From assembly GCA_010909165.1 (NCBI GenBank), contig VJWM01000019.1, forward strand, positions 1,240,001 to 1,304,000: 64,000 nt of DNA, written 5' to 3'. Below the pieces are notes generated by a model. It was not told where the DNA came from, ran no database searches, and saw only the letters and a list, made by a program, of their open reading frames with translations. The translations under genes and the position numbers were made by a program. Shown in pieces: positions 1 through 12,101 of this stretch; the first letter of the stretch is position 1; each line of letters begins with the position of its first letter. Origin of the DNA: Anthoceros angustus. Its lineage: Eukaryota > Plantae > Anthocerotophyta.

Positions 1-1291
1 CTAGGGACCTTAGGATTTGGTTTTCCAGTGCACGCATCAGTGCCCGACCTTGTGGAGAGGTGGCCTATGAGGTATTATGAATTGATTTAAATGCGGTATG
101 GAGAAATGGAATGGAAGAGGTCGGAAAGGAGGTGCGAAATGGGCGACCTTAGGATTTGGTTTTCCCGGTGCACGCATCAAGTGCCCGACCTTGTGGAGGT
201 GGCCTATGAGGTATTATGAATTGGTCGATTTAAATGCGGTATGGAGAAATGGAATGGAAACAAGAATGGCGTTGTTCGGGATATCAACCGTGACGGAGAA
301 CCATGTTATGGCGTACTTGGCGAGGATGCGAGTGCCGGTGGAAGGAGAACCAAGTGCGGTAGTGAAGGCACAAAATGTAAGGGTGGTTGCGGTTGGGAAT
401 GGAGTGATGGTGCGAGCACGGGCTTATGATGAGCGTCAGCAAGCGACAACTTAGGCCATAGGTTCCGTCATGCGGTTCATGTAATTCGTTGGAACTGCGG
501 ATGACGATTTTGCGTTGCCGGCGGGCTGCTGCGATGCGGCGGCCGCGTGCGATGTACAGCGCCTAGTTGCGGATCGTTGTAAGTGCGATGCGTCGCGATG
601 CGCATTCAATGTTCTGAAAATACGTGAAATTTGAGTAAACTGCGCACATCATTGGCACCGCGGCCGGATCGGAAGTGCGGCGCGGATAGCACGATCAATT
701 TCGAAAATGCGAGAAATTTAAAGGCGGGCGTCATAGGCGGATCGTGGGATCAAGATGGCGATGCCGATGCATGATTTGCGTTCAAAGCGGGAGGTGGAGG
801 AGGAGGGCGGACGCGCGCGCGGAAGGGGCGCGAGGAAGAGGGGAGGGAGGGAGGGAGGGGTGGGAGGCCATGGACATCCGTTGCGATCGTCCGAGCGGAA
901 GGTGGAGTGGCCTGGCCGCGGTGGCGGGATCACCGATGGCGCACCACCTTGGGAGGCGTTTGGGCGTCGATCGTGGATGTGCACCAAGTGGAGACAGGTC
1001 GGCCCGTGGCGATCGCATCTGCGTGGGTCACCCATGAATTCTCAAACCTCGCTTGATTGCGGTGGATTGCACAGGCGGCGTTTTCCATTGCCCGACCATG
1101 CTTGGTTACGGCTTTCCGAAGGAGGCGTCTGACTCGCCCACAACGGCGGCAAGCGGCGGCTATGTGGCCTCCATGCGGAAATGTAAGCATTCGCGGTCGG
1201 CGTCTCGGAGCCTCACAAGCCTTGTGTGTGCGGTGGTATGATCCATTCGAGTTTGCGGCGACACAGGCGTGGGCGATGGGCCGTCGTCCTG

Positions 1292-4046
1292 CGGCGATCC
1301 GGCGGCGGCGTCGCGGGCGCGGGGCAGTAGCGATGGGAGAAGTGGAGGAAGGGCGGCGACATGCAATGTTTGTGGCATGAGGTTGGCGGGGATGTGGGGC
1401 TTGGAGCACGGTTGTATTGTCGAAGGCGCCGCCGTCCTCGGGAAGGCTCCATGCGGAGGACGATGCGCAGACGGTGGCGCGGGAGGCCGTGGGCGGCGGT
1501 GGCTCGCGCTCGGCGGCAGTGGGCCGGTGTGGGAGTGGGAGAGCCCGGCAATCACTCCACGGACTCGCATGCGAGGCGTACATAGCCGGGAGGCGAAATG
1601 TGTCTGCTGGTCCGGGAAATGGGTACTCATGGTATTGGAGGTTGCATTGTCCGCATGCACAAAGATTTCATTTTCTGTGGAGAAGACGATTGTGGCCTGA
1701 CCATTGAGGTGGGTTGGAGGTGGTGAAGGTGCCTCGGTGGGCGGTGTCATGAGCATGGGGCACGGAATCTTTGGAGCAGCAAAGAATTGGCATGGCACGT
1801 TGGTGCCGTTGTGGATGCACGCGAACCGGATTGCAATCTGCGTGCACGACCATCGAGATAGGAGCATGACCATGCTCTGTGAGAAGTCAATGGAGGCTTA
1901 CGTGTGGGAGTTCGTGTGAGAAGGGCGCCTTTTCGGCAATCACCGTCGCGAAAGTGGAGAGCGGGTTGGATGGCACCCTATGGTCGCGGTGGAGGGAATG
2001 ATAGCGATGGATGTTACGCAATCGGAGAAGTGGAGTTGGAAGCTAGTGGTGAGGCGGTTGGGCGGAATGGGACCGGCGTCACATGTGGGCCAAGACCCGG
2101 CGATGGAATATGCATGAGGCTCGTTTCTCGGCGGTGGGACATTGAGCATCCTCCCGAGTTGGATCAACACAATTTTTGTGGGCGCGTCATTGCCGTTCGT
2201 GTACAGCAGGGGGAGCATTTCATATGTTACTTGGACTTGAATCGAGCGAAGAGGGTATTCCAAACACTGGAAGCATGTGACACGATCATCGGGGCATGCC
2301 ACACAATGAAGTCGCACGGGATCGCTCGATAGCTGGAAGATCCCATGCCTTTTTGTTTGCGAGGGGCCGTCGTGGAACCCTGCGATTGAGGTAAGGCGGC
2401 GAGTTACATCGTTTCGGGTTTGCCAAGCGCTGAAGAAAAGCGGGAGGCGGGCCATCGACATTTGTCGGTGATGCGATGGGCGAGGAAGTGTGTATGCATG
2501 CGGCGAGCGGCCCATTTGTTCAGCAGACGGCGGTGTTTGTGCGTCTGGTTTGGAAGTGTTCTGGAGTGCACTTGCGCAGCACTTCAAACAATGAATGTGC
2601 GGAACCAAAAGTGAACCGTGATAGCTACGGCTTTGACGAACTTGCGGTGATCTACCTCGGCGATCAGGCGGCGAGGTGGTGCGCGCCGGGCAGGGGCAGT
2701 AGATGGGAGAAGTGGAGGAGCAGGCGGCACGGCGTCGCAATGTTCGCCGGTGACATGAGGTTGGGCGGGGATGTGGGGCTTGGGCACGGTTTTGGTATGG
2801 CCGTCCCGGAAGGAGCTTCCTCGCGGAAGGCTCCATGCGAAGAGGACGGCGGGATCACGGGGGCGGTGGCGCGGGAGGTGGGCGGCGGTGGCTCGCGCCG
2901 GCGGCCGTGGAGCCGGTGTGGGAGTGGGAGAGCCCGGCAATCACTCCACGGACTCGCATGTCGAGCGCGTCTACACCGGGAGGCGAAATGATCGATCTGG
3001 TCAGGAAATGGGTACTCATGGTATTGGAGGTTGCGGGATTATGTGCACAAAGATTTCATTTTCTGTGGAGAGATTGTGAAGCGAAGTGGGTTGGAGGTGG
3101 GCGAAGGTGCCTCGTGGGCGTGTGTCATGGCATGGGGACGGAATCTTTGGAGCAGAAGGCGGCATGGCACGTTGGTGCCGTTGTGGATGCAATTCGCGAA
3201 GACCCGATTGCAATCTGCGTGCACGACCATCGAGAGCCGGTGTGACCATGCTCGAGAAGTCAATGGAGGCTTACGTGTGGGAGTTTTCACGGAGAAGGAA
3301 GGGCCTTTTCGGCAATCACCGTTCGAAAGTGGAGGAGGCGGTTGGATGGCACCTATATGGTGCGGTGGAGGAATGATAGCGATGGATGTCCTGCAATCGG
3401 AGAAGTGGAGTTGGAAGCTAGTGGTGAGGCGGTTGGGCGGAATGGGACCGGCGTCACATGTGGGCCAAGACCCGGCGATGGAATATGCATGAGGCTCGTT
3501 TCTCGGCGGTGGGACATTGAGCATCCTCCCGAGTTGGATCAACACAATTTTTGTGGGCGCGTCATTGCCGTTCGTGTACAGCAGGGGGAGCATTTCATAT
3601 GTTACTTGGACTTGAATCGAGCGAAGAGGGTATTCCAAACACTGGAAGCATGTGACACGATCATCGGGGCATGCCACACAATGAAGTCGCACGGGATCGC
3701 TCGATAGCTGGAAGATCCCATGCCTTTTGTTTGCGAGGGGCCGTCGTGGAACCCTGCGATTGAGGTAAGGCGGCGAGTTACATCGTTTGCGGGTTTGCCA
3801 AGCGACTGAAGAATGAAGGGAGGCGGGCCATCGACATTTGTCGGTGATGCGATGGGCGAGGAAGTGTGTATGCATGCGGCGAGCGGCCATTTGTTCAGCA
3901 GACGGCGGTGTGTGGTGCGTCTGGTTTGGAAGTGTTCTGGAGTGCACTTGCGCAGCACTTCAAACAATGAATCAAGCGGATACCAAAAGTGAACCGTGAT
4001 AGCTACGGGCGCTTTCGAACTTCTGCGGTGATCTACCTCGGCGATC
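1292..4046 (+). repeat. ~1.37-kb tandem duplication (2 copies)
   Basis: ~2020-2410 matches ~3396-3790 almost base for base, and ORFs 1904 and 3342 share the peptide IGEVELEASGEAV...HGIAR. The junction at ~2658 shares CGGCGATC with both unit ends. Confidence 0.9.
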
Positions 4047-6623
4047 ACGGTGTGTGCAAACCCCATAGCGCCGGGGCCGTCCGTGGAACACAAATCGGAG
4101 TGGCATCGCTAACTGATCGAGCCGTCCACTTTGTCACGAAACCCTTGGCTGGACATGCCATTACTCGGAAAGTGTTAGGAGGATCGAAATCGGCCATTTG
4201 TTCAGGAGAGGTGCATTTGGGGTTTGAGCGGGAGGAAGGCGCATGGGCAAGGAAAAGCGCTCATGGGAAGTAGGCGGTAGCGGTCTGGAGGTGTTGAGGC
4301 CAGAAGTCTCCACCTTGGCCATCACGTGGGGCAAAAAGCGGCGTGAAGGGTGCCCATGGGGCCTTGCAGCCTTCGGGCAGCGGAAGAAGGAGGAAGATGG
4401 TGGGCGGTCGCCCGGCCGCGCATCAGAGGTCATGGCGGAAGCCCATCATCATCGAGACGGTGAAAACTTGAGGCAATTCTCGTGCGAGGCAGTGGGGATG
4501 AGGGGCTGGAAGGTGGAGATGAAGGGATGCATAGGAGGCAGGGGTCGCACACATAAGCGTATGATTTGGCGGTGCCACGCAGCAGGAGAGACCATTGAAA
4601 GGCCTACCCAGCTGGGCTGCGGCTTGAGCAGTGGCGAGGCTCCACACGCCGGCTGCGGCATGGCGCGGGTGTATGGGAGGTTGTCCGTGGAGGAGGTGTG
4701 CTGATTGCCACGCACACACCCATCACAGCAGCGTGAACGGAATGATTCGTGCGGGCAGCTGGATGGAATCGAAATCCCAAGGAGGCGGGTCACGAGGCTG
4801 CGTTTGATGCGGCCGGAGCACATACGACAGTCGGCGATGCGCATCCGCGCGTCGATACACCAATCGACACCCATGTACATGTGGCATATGGATTGTAAGT
4901 GCGTGATGCGAGGGGTATGCGATGTTCGCGGGTTGGCGTTGAGAAGTGAGGAGTTGTGGCGCAATCGGTAAGGTGCTGTGTTGCCTTGTCTTGCGACTTA
5001 TGACAAGATGTACCAATTCTACTTGAGTGCATGGGGCCATAGATGGGGCAACCCATTCGTCCCACAGTTGGTACTGGAGGATAACAAGCGAGCAGCGATT
5101 TTCAACGCCTATGTGGGCGGTGAGGAAGTTTGGGCATCCGCGGATTCGGTCGGACTACGCGAGCACAACTAATAAGGCGGATATGAGGCGAGGCCAAGGG
5201 CACATGGAAGCAACTTCATCCGGCCCCTCATGCACAACCGGGTAAAAGTTAGGTGCTTGGTCTCCGTTTTCCTTATGGCTGGCGGTGGTGAAGTCGATGA
5301 ATGCGGGATTATTGCGGAGGATTGAGCATTTGGCGGTCCTTGGGAGAAGTGGGCATTCCTCTACAAGGGTACATGATGGATATGGTGAGGAGCGTGACTG
5401 GACATCACCAACCCACAGCATCCATTCCACGTGACCTTCATGCCCACGATGAGGCGGAGCTCGGCGTTGGAGGCGGTATGGAATAGGCCTTGCGGAAGAT
5501 CGAGGCAGCGGAGACATTCCGGCCATGTGCTATCGCATTCAAGAAGAAGGTCGACTACAAGGGTGGGTGCGACCACCGCATATGGGGTGAGGAGGGCGAT
5601 GGCGAGGAGTTCGATGTGGGTGGCCCTCGGTATGCACAAAGCGTGGCCCCGAGATGCCACCACTCGTGACATAAATTGCTGAGGTGAGCAATACTGTCCA
5701 TTCATTTTATGCATGTTCTGACATTGTGGAGGAGGAGGGCGCGCCAGCGCCATTTGTGCGAGCACGGAGGCCCGGCTTCGTATGGGCCGCTTCTTGGGTT
5801 GTCAGAGCTGCAGATGGCGAGGACAATGCATATGCAAAGGGATTGCAGGACATGGACTTCCTCCGGACATGTATCGGTGCACATGGCACTAACAACACTC
5901 TGCGGTGCGAGAGCCACGAGGGCGCATTGCCCGAATACCTCCACCGGTGGGCCAGGTGAAGCCACCCGTGGGCGTGGGCCATCACCTGCTGCGGTCATGG
6001 TGCACGAGGTGTGAGGCGTGTGGCCCAGTTGCAGCCTTAGGAGCTAGGTGGTGGAGAAAATTGATTTGTCGCTCACCATGACACAGGAGGCGGTGACATT
6101 TTGCGCTCACCATGACTGGGAGGCGGTGACAATTTGGATTTGTTTGTTACGGCGTTTTGAGAGTTGAGCCCGGTGGTGGCTTTGTTGTGGTGCAATGTAA
6201 AGGCTGGTTTGTGAAGATGGTGTGCGCTTCATGAGGCTGTGTGGCCTTGTCGCCTGACGCCTTTGGATGGCTGCGATAGCGCCGTGGCGTACATAAGCGC
6301 ACGCTATCGAGCGAAGGGCTGTACACCTTCATGCCTCCCTGTCTCCTCCTCACGCTATCTCCCATCAAGCCACGGTGACGGTTCGTGATGGCAGCGGAGC
6401 AAGCGGCGGGCGAGATGGGGTCATGCGAAAGGATGTCCGATGGCCCATGCCCTCACAGCCTAAAAGCGAAAACATTGTGTGTCACACACAACCAGAAAAG
6501 ATTCGACACAAACACCATTAGTGACGAGATCGGGACACGAGGCGGCGCGCGCGATGTCGTCAAGTGTGGCAGAAGTTTTCCCGCCGTATGCGGCCGGAAA
6601 ACTTCTTTGGTCACAATGGAAAA

Positions 6624-6631
6624 AAACCCTA
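6624..6631 (+). promoter_or_regulatory. Telo-box (AAACCCTA) upstream of the SHW1-like gene
   Basis: Exact AAACCCTA followed by GGGCCC, about 190 nt upstream of ATG 6820. Confidence 0.4.
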
Positions 6632-6819
6632 AAGGGCCCGTGTGACGAGATCGGTATTCCATACGGAAGACACCACACGTCACGAACAACACGCGGCAGC
6701 TTTATGTGACTAGATAATGTATGTATGTACACAAGGGAAATACTTTTGGTGGATTTCCAGGCTGGAAGCCTGCCAGGTGCCAAAGATGAGATAACGAACT
6801 GGGCGCCAATGGCGTTGTG

Positions 6820-8023
6820 ATGTTCGACAACGCCATGTTGCTCCGCACTGGCCATGGAGCTCGGCCATGGCTACCTACTCCAACCCTATCTCTTGAAACT
6901 CGTCCCCGGCAGTGCATTGGGGTCAATTTGGATGTTGCGAGACCCTGTAATCGGTCTCGGCATTCTGCATGTTGTGGATTGCCTTCTCTTCCCGCCAGCC
7001 TGTTGAAGCCGGGCCCAGGCGTTGGTAGAGGAGGGCTTGCTGGACGCAAGCAGCAGGTTCGGGCTTGGAGGGTTCGATCTGGGCGGAGCAGTGTAAGCTG
7101 GACCTTGCAATTCTTGTTCTTGAGGGAATTCTTGCTCGTTAGGGTCCTACGTGGCATCGTCTTGGACGGCCTCTGTCGTGAGCAAAATAAATTGTGGGGA
7201 CTTGCTGAAATGGAATCCTGAAAGGTGCCCGAACTTGTTTTCCGAGATTGAATTTAGCTGCCTGTCCTGTCTGAATTTAAGATTGCATGTCAGAGCCACA
7301 AGCGAGTTTGGATGCGAGTTAGTGATGGACTTTTTCCAACCGACTCATCGATGTCTCAGCCATGTTGTTCATTGTGTTTGCGGTTGATCAGGTTCACTCC
7401 TCTTGACCTCTCGCTTTGGTTCACTAGGGCGAGCCAGGGCAGGAAGAAGAGGACAGTGAAGATGAAGACCCTGCTTACGAAAGCGTGGACTATGTGTTCT
7501 TTATGGCTCGTAAGAGCTTTTACCAAGTGTGTAGGTCATTGACGAAGTCTGCTCGAGGATGGCTTCCACCTATTATTTCGACCCAATTGGTACCGTATTT
7601 CAGACTTCGAGCTTGCCAGTTTTTCCTTTCTTTCGTTTTCCTGTAGCAAAGGGTTGAATCTCTTAATGCACGCCTTGCTGTAAATGTAACTCAATTTTCA
7701 ACTCTTGTTCTGTGGCAGATTTCGTTTACTGTAGGCGGAGTTGTGCTTCTTTCTGCTCTTTGGGTGTTCAAAGCTTTTCTTGAGGTCTGCTTCTGTGTTC
7801 AATGTACAAATTCTGCACAGGCTGCATGTTACTGTTTTGTATTGCTCTTGACAACATGTGTCGCATGTAGGTTGGGTGTGTGGCTGGAACATTTGCCTTC
7901 GTGGCCATTGTGGCAATCCGCATGGTCTGGTCCTTCATTGCTTACTTTGGAGATTCTTCGGTCAATGGAACCCCGCCTGACGATAAAGGCAGATACCGAT
8001 GGAGCTTTTCTCAACCAGAGTAG
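6820..8023 (+). CDS. SHW1: SHORT HYPOCOTYL IN WHITE LIGHT1-like protein (~217 aa)
   Basis: Exons 6820-7092, 7428-7589, 7719-7784 and 7871-8023 splice GT-AG in frame. The product has a transit-like N-terminus, an acidic EEEDSEDED...ESVD segment and LPPIISTQLISFTVGGVVLLSALWVFKAFLEVGCVAGTF, matching the SHW1 family pattern as recalled. Confidence 0.75.
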
Positions 8024-8460
8024 TCAAGATATCTCCTTTGTATAGATTGTGGACCCGCTGCCGTTCAATGAATGGCTATCACAAAGTTTAGGTCACTTGT
8101 TAGTCTTTGCTTCCTCAGTAACATGGCGCTCTGAATCCTCGTGCTCATCATGGATTCTTCTTCTTCTTAGGTAGATGAACGGTGGCACCTTCATGGGGTA
8201 ATGCCCATATCTGAATTTGGTTGTAACTCACGTGCGGGGCGAATTTTTTCTATCAACAGTTCAGTCAAAGCCTTGTTGCCTCCGAGCTATGGAAGGAAGG
8301 TATAGACGCAGCAGCAATGGATTGGGTTATCAGATACTTGGGCATGTTATCCTTCCAGTATAGCTGACGTTGGCGCATGCATATCCCTACTTGAGATGAT
8401 TCACAGTAGACCATACAGACTCACAGTTTAAAAGTGACTGGTAGTAGACGCTTTGAAAGC

Positions 8461-10066
8461 ATGCCTCAAGGGAAGACCTCTAGCTCTGGAGTTTTGAGTC
8501 TGCCAGACCAATTTAGAGACTCTTGGAAGGTGTTGCACCTGAGGAATCACATGCCTCTCTTGAGATGTTATGCTGTTCGCCTGATCCCTCCAACTGGCTC
8601 TGCGGTTACGTACTATGCAGCCCTCACCATGTCTCAGGTAACCTCTTCTCTTTGCCACCTCTGAAAGATAACCTGTTCCATCTATTTTAACAGGCTAGAG
8701 GGTTGAACCTCTGACTCGGCTTCACGTTTCTCGTCATCCAGTTACTGAACGTTTGCTTGTGAAGGTTGCAGGAATGGCTCTGGGAGTGTCATGTGCGACA
8801 CCTGTGCTTGGTCCAGTTCTGGGAACTCTTGCGGTTGCCTCTGCATCTGTGGCTGCTGCTCAGGTTCTCAATGCCTGGATTGGATCAATGTAGAGCATTT
8901 TTTTTTCTTAATGGTCAATAATGTTGAGTTTTCTATATCTATGTAGAGCATTTTCACCCTATGGATATCTGAGGTTGTATAGATTCTTAAGGAACTGTAG
9001 CAGACAATACGATAGAATCGCAGCACTGCAAACGGTCTGACAGCTCTGGTGGTTTGCAGGTTTCATTCACCCTCAGAAATTTGTGCAAAAGCTCTACCTG
9101 TAAGCAAGCACAACATTTTCTTCCCAGGAAGCAGGTCTTATTTTATGCTGTCTTCGGAGTTGTTGCATTCAAGGTTGGGTGCTAAACCTCTTCAGGGTTC
9201 TGTTCCCATTCTTGTTCTGTGATTTATGAACCCGTGTAGTGATTTTCTCCCGACAGGTGCTTGGGGGAAGATGTCGAAATCTGATGCCAAGTGATGTGGT
9301 TCACCCCGGGGCACTTGCGCGTGCGTCTGTTCCAGGTACGTATCAGATCTGATTCTGAAGGAAGTCCAGATTGGTAGGCATGGCCGAGACTGACTGTTCA
9401 ACTGGTTTATGCAGCTAAAGGACCCAAATACGTTGGCACAGGCAGTGCAGAGTCCCAAGTAATCAGAGAAGTTTACAAGCGGGATGGCTGTCACCACTGT
9501 GGCAAGCGAGCAGGAGACGCGTAAGCATCAGGCATTTGTCTGTTTTTGATAGTTGCGGAGTTCCCGTTGAACTTTTAGCAGTCCATAGAATGTGCTAAGT
9601 GGAGCTTTTTATTTTTCTTTTTTCTTTTTGGCAGAATTGCGGATCATATGCCCCCCAATGTCCTCGTTCATGGAAGGGGATGGTCCAAAACGTTTGTCAA
9701 TGGTGAAGGTGGAGCAGCCGTCCCACGCAGCGGCAAATCCTCCGTACTCACTGAGAATCTGGTGTCCTATCTTTTGCATGGTACACATGAACTAAGGCAG
9801 CGGTACTTTCCACAATGCGTGAACTGCATGAAGCTCCAAAGCGTCTCGCTGCGTCACGGGAAGCTATCTTTGGTGTTTCACTTTCGACGAGCATTTCCTG
9901 AAGTAAGCTTATTTCCGGACCGCTGTTCTGTGTTGCCTACAATCGGCTTTGACAATCAACACCAACACGTGTTTGGCGCATTTTGCAGCCACCTTTCCTC
10001 GCAGGATTCTGTCTGGGGACCCTGCAGCTGGACGACAGGGAAGATGGCAAAGACAGGGAGGACTAA
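8461..10066 (+). CDS. Uncharacterised membrane protein with C-terminal Zn-binding HNH/His-Me-finger-like domain (~306 aa)
   Basis: Seven GT-AG exons join in frame: 8461-8637, 8765-8863, 9060-9173, 9257-9335, 9415-9520, 9635-9902, 9989-10066. The product has hydrophobic segments, then LGGRCRNLMPSDVVHPGA, GCHHCG, IADHMPP and QRYFPQCVNC. Confidence 0.8.
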
Positions 10067-10466
10067 TCGGTAGCTGGGAAACGTAAGAAATAATCATTTT
10101 TTGATAAGAATCCGAGCTAGTGTAGCTGTCCCTTGCTTTCAATAAATCTGATGTCACTCGCTCACGGAGAATTCGACGTCGTTGGTTGTGCACGGAGATG
10201 AACGACCAACGACTCGAATTCAGGTGGGCAGTCTGTTGGACATTAACAAGAGGGAACGATGGCTGCCCTTCTCTTGTTTGCAATAATAGTTTCGTGTCGA
10301 CATCGAGTTTGCGATGGTGCTGTATGTCAGAATTTTCCTTCCTCCTGACTTCGGTTAAGATGTACAAAATGCAAGCCTGCAAAGCCTCTTGCGCCCAATG
10401 AATGCCCACTGTTCTCCAATGTGGCAGTGAGCCAAAACAGCGCCAGGAACAGAGTCGTAGGAGACG

Positions 10467-11309
10467 TCACCGTTCCCAGAGCGGTAGAGTAGAAGCTGGG
10501 TCCGCTTCAGCAGTCAATATCCGAGGATTCTGCACCACACCACAGCAGAGTGTGTGAGCTTCAGGCTTTCTGCTGTTTTGCGGTACAGGGGAGGAGTGCA
10601 AGGCAATCGAAAATACCGGCTTCTCGGAAGCTTCGTCCAGTTCAAACACATCGACAGTAAGCCTAGCAATTTCCTGGAAGGCAGACTTCTTCACCGCCTC
10701 ATCATCGCTCTCCAGCTCCTCAAACGCAGCATCAAAGCACTCGTGCCAAAACCTGCTGATCCGGATGTGCGGATCCTTGAGGTACTTGTCCCAAACCCAC
10801 CGCACGACCTCAGCTCTTGCCGCCAGCTCCTGCAAAAGCACAAGCACCAAAACTCTAGAACCGGCATCATACAGAACCAAGTGATGCCCCAACACACGAG
10901 AAAGGTAAAACAACACACCCAGCCAGCGAGTCCGGCTGCCTCCCGCTTCCCGCCGCCTCCAGGAATTCTCCCCTCCCGCCGGTCATCCACCTCATTCATC
11001 AGCAACGAGGCCTAAACAAACAAAACACCCGCATCAGCACAAACCAATTAAACGCATCGCTTCCTGTCCAAAACTCCATCAAAACAGTTCACACAGTTAA
11101 CTCACTAGGGCATCCATCCTGTGATCGGCCAGCCTGTCGCTGAAGGGGTACATCCCCACGGACCATCTGACCGCAATCCCTGCACTTCCAGAGAGAACCG
11201 ACCACACCGCCAGGCACAGGATGACAGTGAGGCCCCCTGTCTTGTACCGATTTTTCCCGACCCAGGCGCCCGCGGGAGGAGCCACACTCTCCTTCCCATC
11301 CTCCTCCAT
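10467..11309 (-). CDS. DUF1195 family plant membrane protein
   Basis: Exons 11309-11106, 10829-10617 and 10529-10467 (an extra 3' exon is possible). Motifs GKNRYK..ILCLAVWSVLSG..RWSVG and VVRWVWDKY..RISRFWHECFDAAFEELESD..EIARL. Confidence 0.8.
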
Positions 11310-11877
11310 CACGTTCCAGAGACCAATCGATCACCTACTCTACAGCCTCGTAGCATAGAATGTACATCCGCAGCTCCCTGACCAAAACCAGAGCCCCGGC
11401 ATCGCGCAAGCCTAGCAGCTGCGCTCCATCCTCCTCCTCGCTCGCGCTGCCTCCAAGAACCGGCTACCGGAACCTTCCTCGAAGAAACCTCTCCTCCATC
11501 TCCAGAAAACCGCAAAGAAAGGCCCCCCTATCCCCGCTCCAAGAAGAGGCCTAATGCGGCCCTTCCGCCGCCAGGACAAAATGCTGCTGTGCGCGGTGTC
11601 CCCGCCGCCAAGCCCTCCCGGGTCCCGGGACCCGCCGGTCGCCGCATTCTCGCGTCGCCGTGCTGCCTCTCGTCGACCTCCCGGCCCGGCAGCCTACAAC
11701 ATGGTAGCGCCACTCCAGGAGGGCGACAGCGGCAGCCACAGTTACCTGCCAGGTCCCAACTATCATTCCCCTCCCATGGCTCCACGGAACGGATACCAAA
11801 CGGAACAGGCGTCACGCTTTCTCTGCTCCCCGCACGGCCTGGCCATCTGGAGTCTGGAGTCCTGTGGCAAGCTTTTG

Positions 11878-12030
11878 TGGTGGGCGATTCTAAACAATCT
11901 GGTGGGCGATTCTAGCAATCTGGTGGGCGATTCTAGCAATCTGGTGGGCGGTTCTATACAATCTGGTGGGCGATTCTATACAATCTGGTGGGCGATTCTA
12001 GGCAAGCTTGGGGGCGATTCTAGGCAAGCT
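11878..12030 (+). repeat. Minisatellite, ~7 x 21-22 bp (TGGTGGGCGATTCTAGCAATC)
   Basis: Directly visible tandem copies with a few substitutions and indels. Confidence 0.9.
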
Positions 12031-12101
12031 GTTGGATTTGAATTCAATCCAAAGGAATTTTCTAGCGTTGGATCTTTTCGTTGTGGCTGGAGCTGCTGAG
12101 C

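Larger units (their letters stand above)
1..6710. mobile_element. Degenerate, unclassified repeat/TE-like region
   Basis: No recognisable protein in any frame. It contains nested direct duplications (~6-116 vs ~146-259; ~1292-2665 vs ~2658-4046; 35-bp pair at ~6070-6135) and clustered GTGAC/GTCAC motifs at 6475-6710 reminiscent of CACTA subterminal repeats. No terminal CACTA/TAGTG was found. Confidence 0.4.

Noticed and set aside
1009-1016. Cyanobacterial HIP1 site GCGATCGC suggesting symbiont DNA
   Set aside because: Only one occurrence was noticed, with no enrichment and no bacterial-type genes.
98-6400. Many overlapping 60-300 aa ORFs
   Set aside because: These are expected in GC-rich sequence. 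No domains are recognisable and frames are not kept between the duplicate copies except where the DNA is identical.
11554-12099. 181-aa ORF with NLVGDSS repeats
   Set aside because: It is low-complexity translation of promoter sequence and the minisatellite, with no homology recognised.
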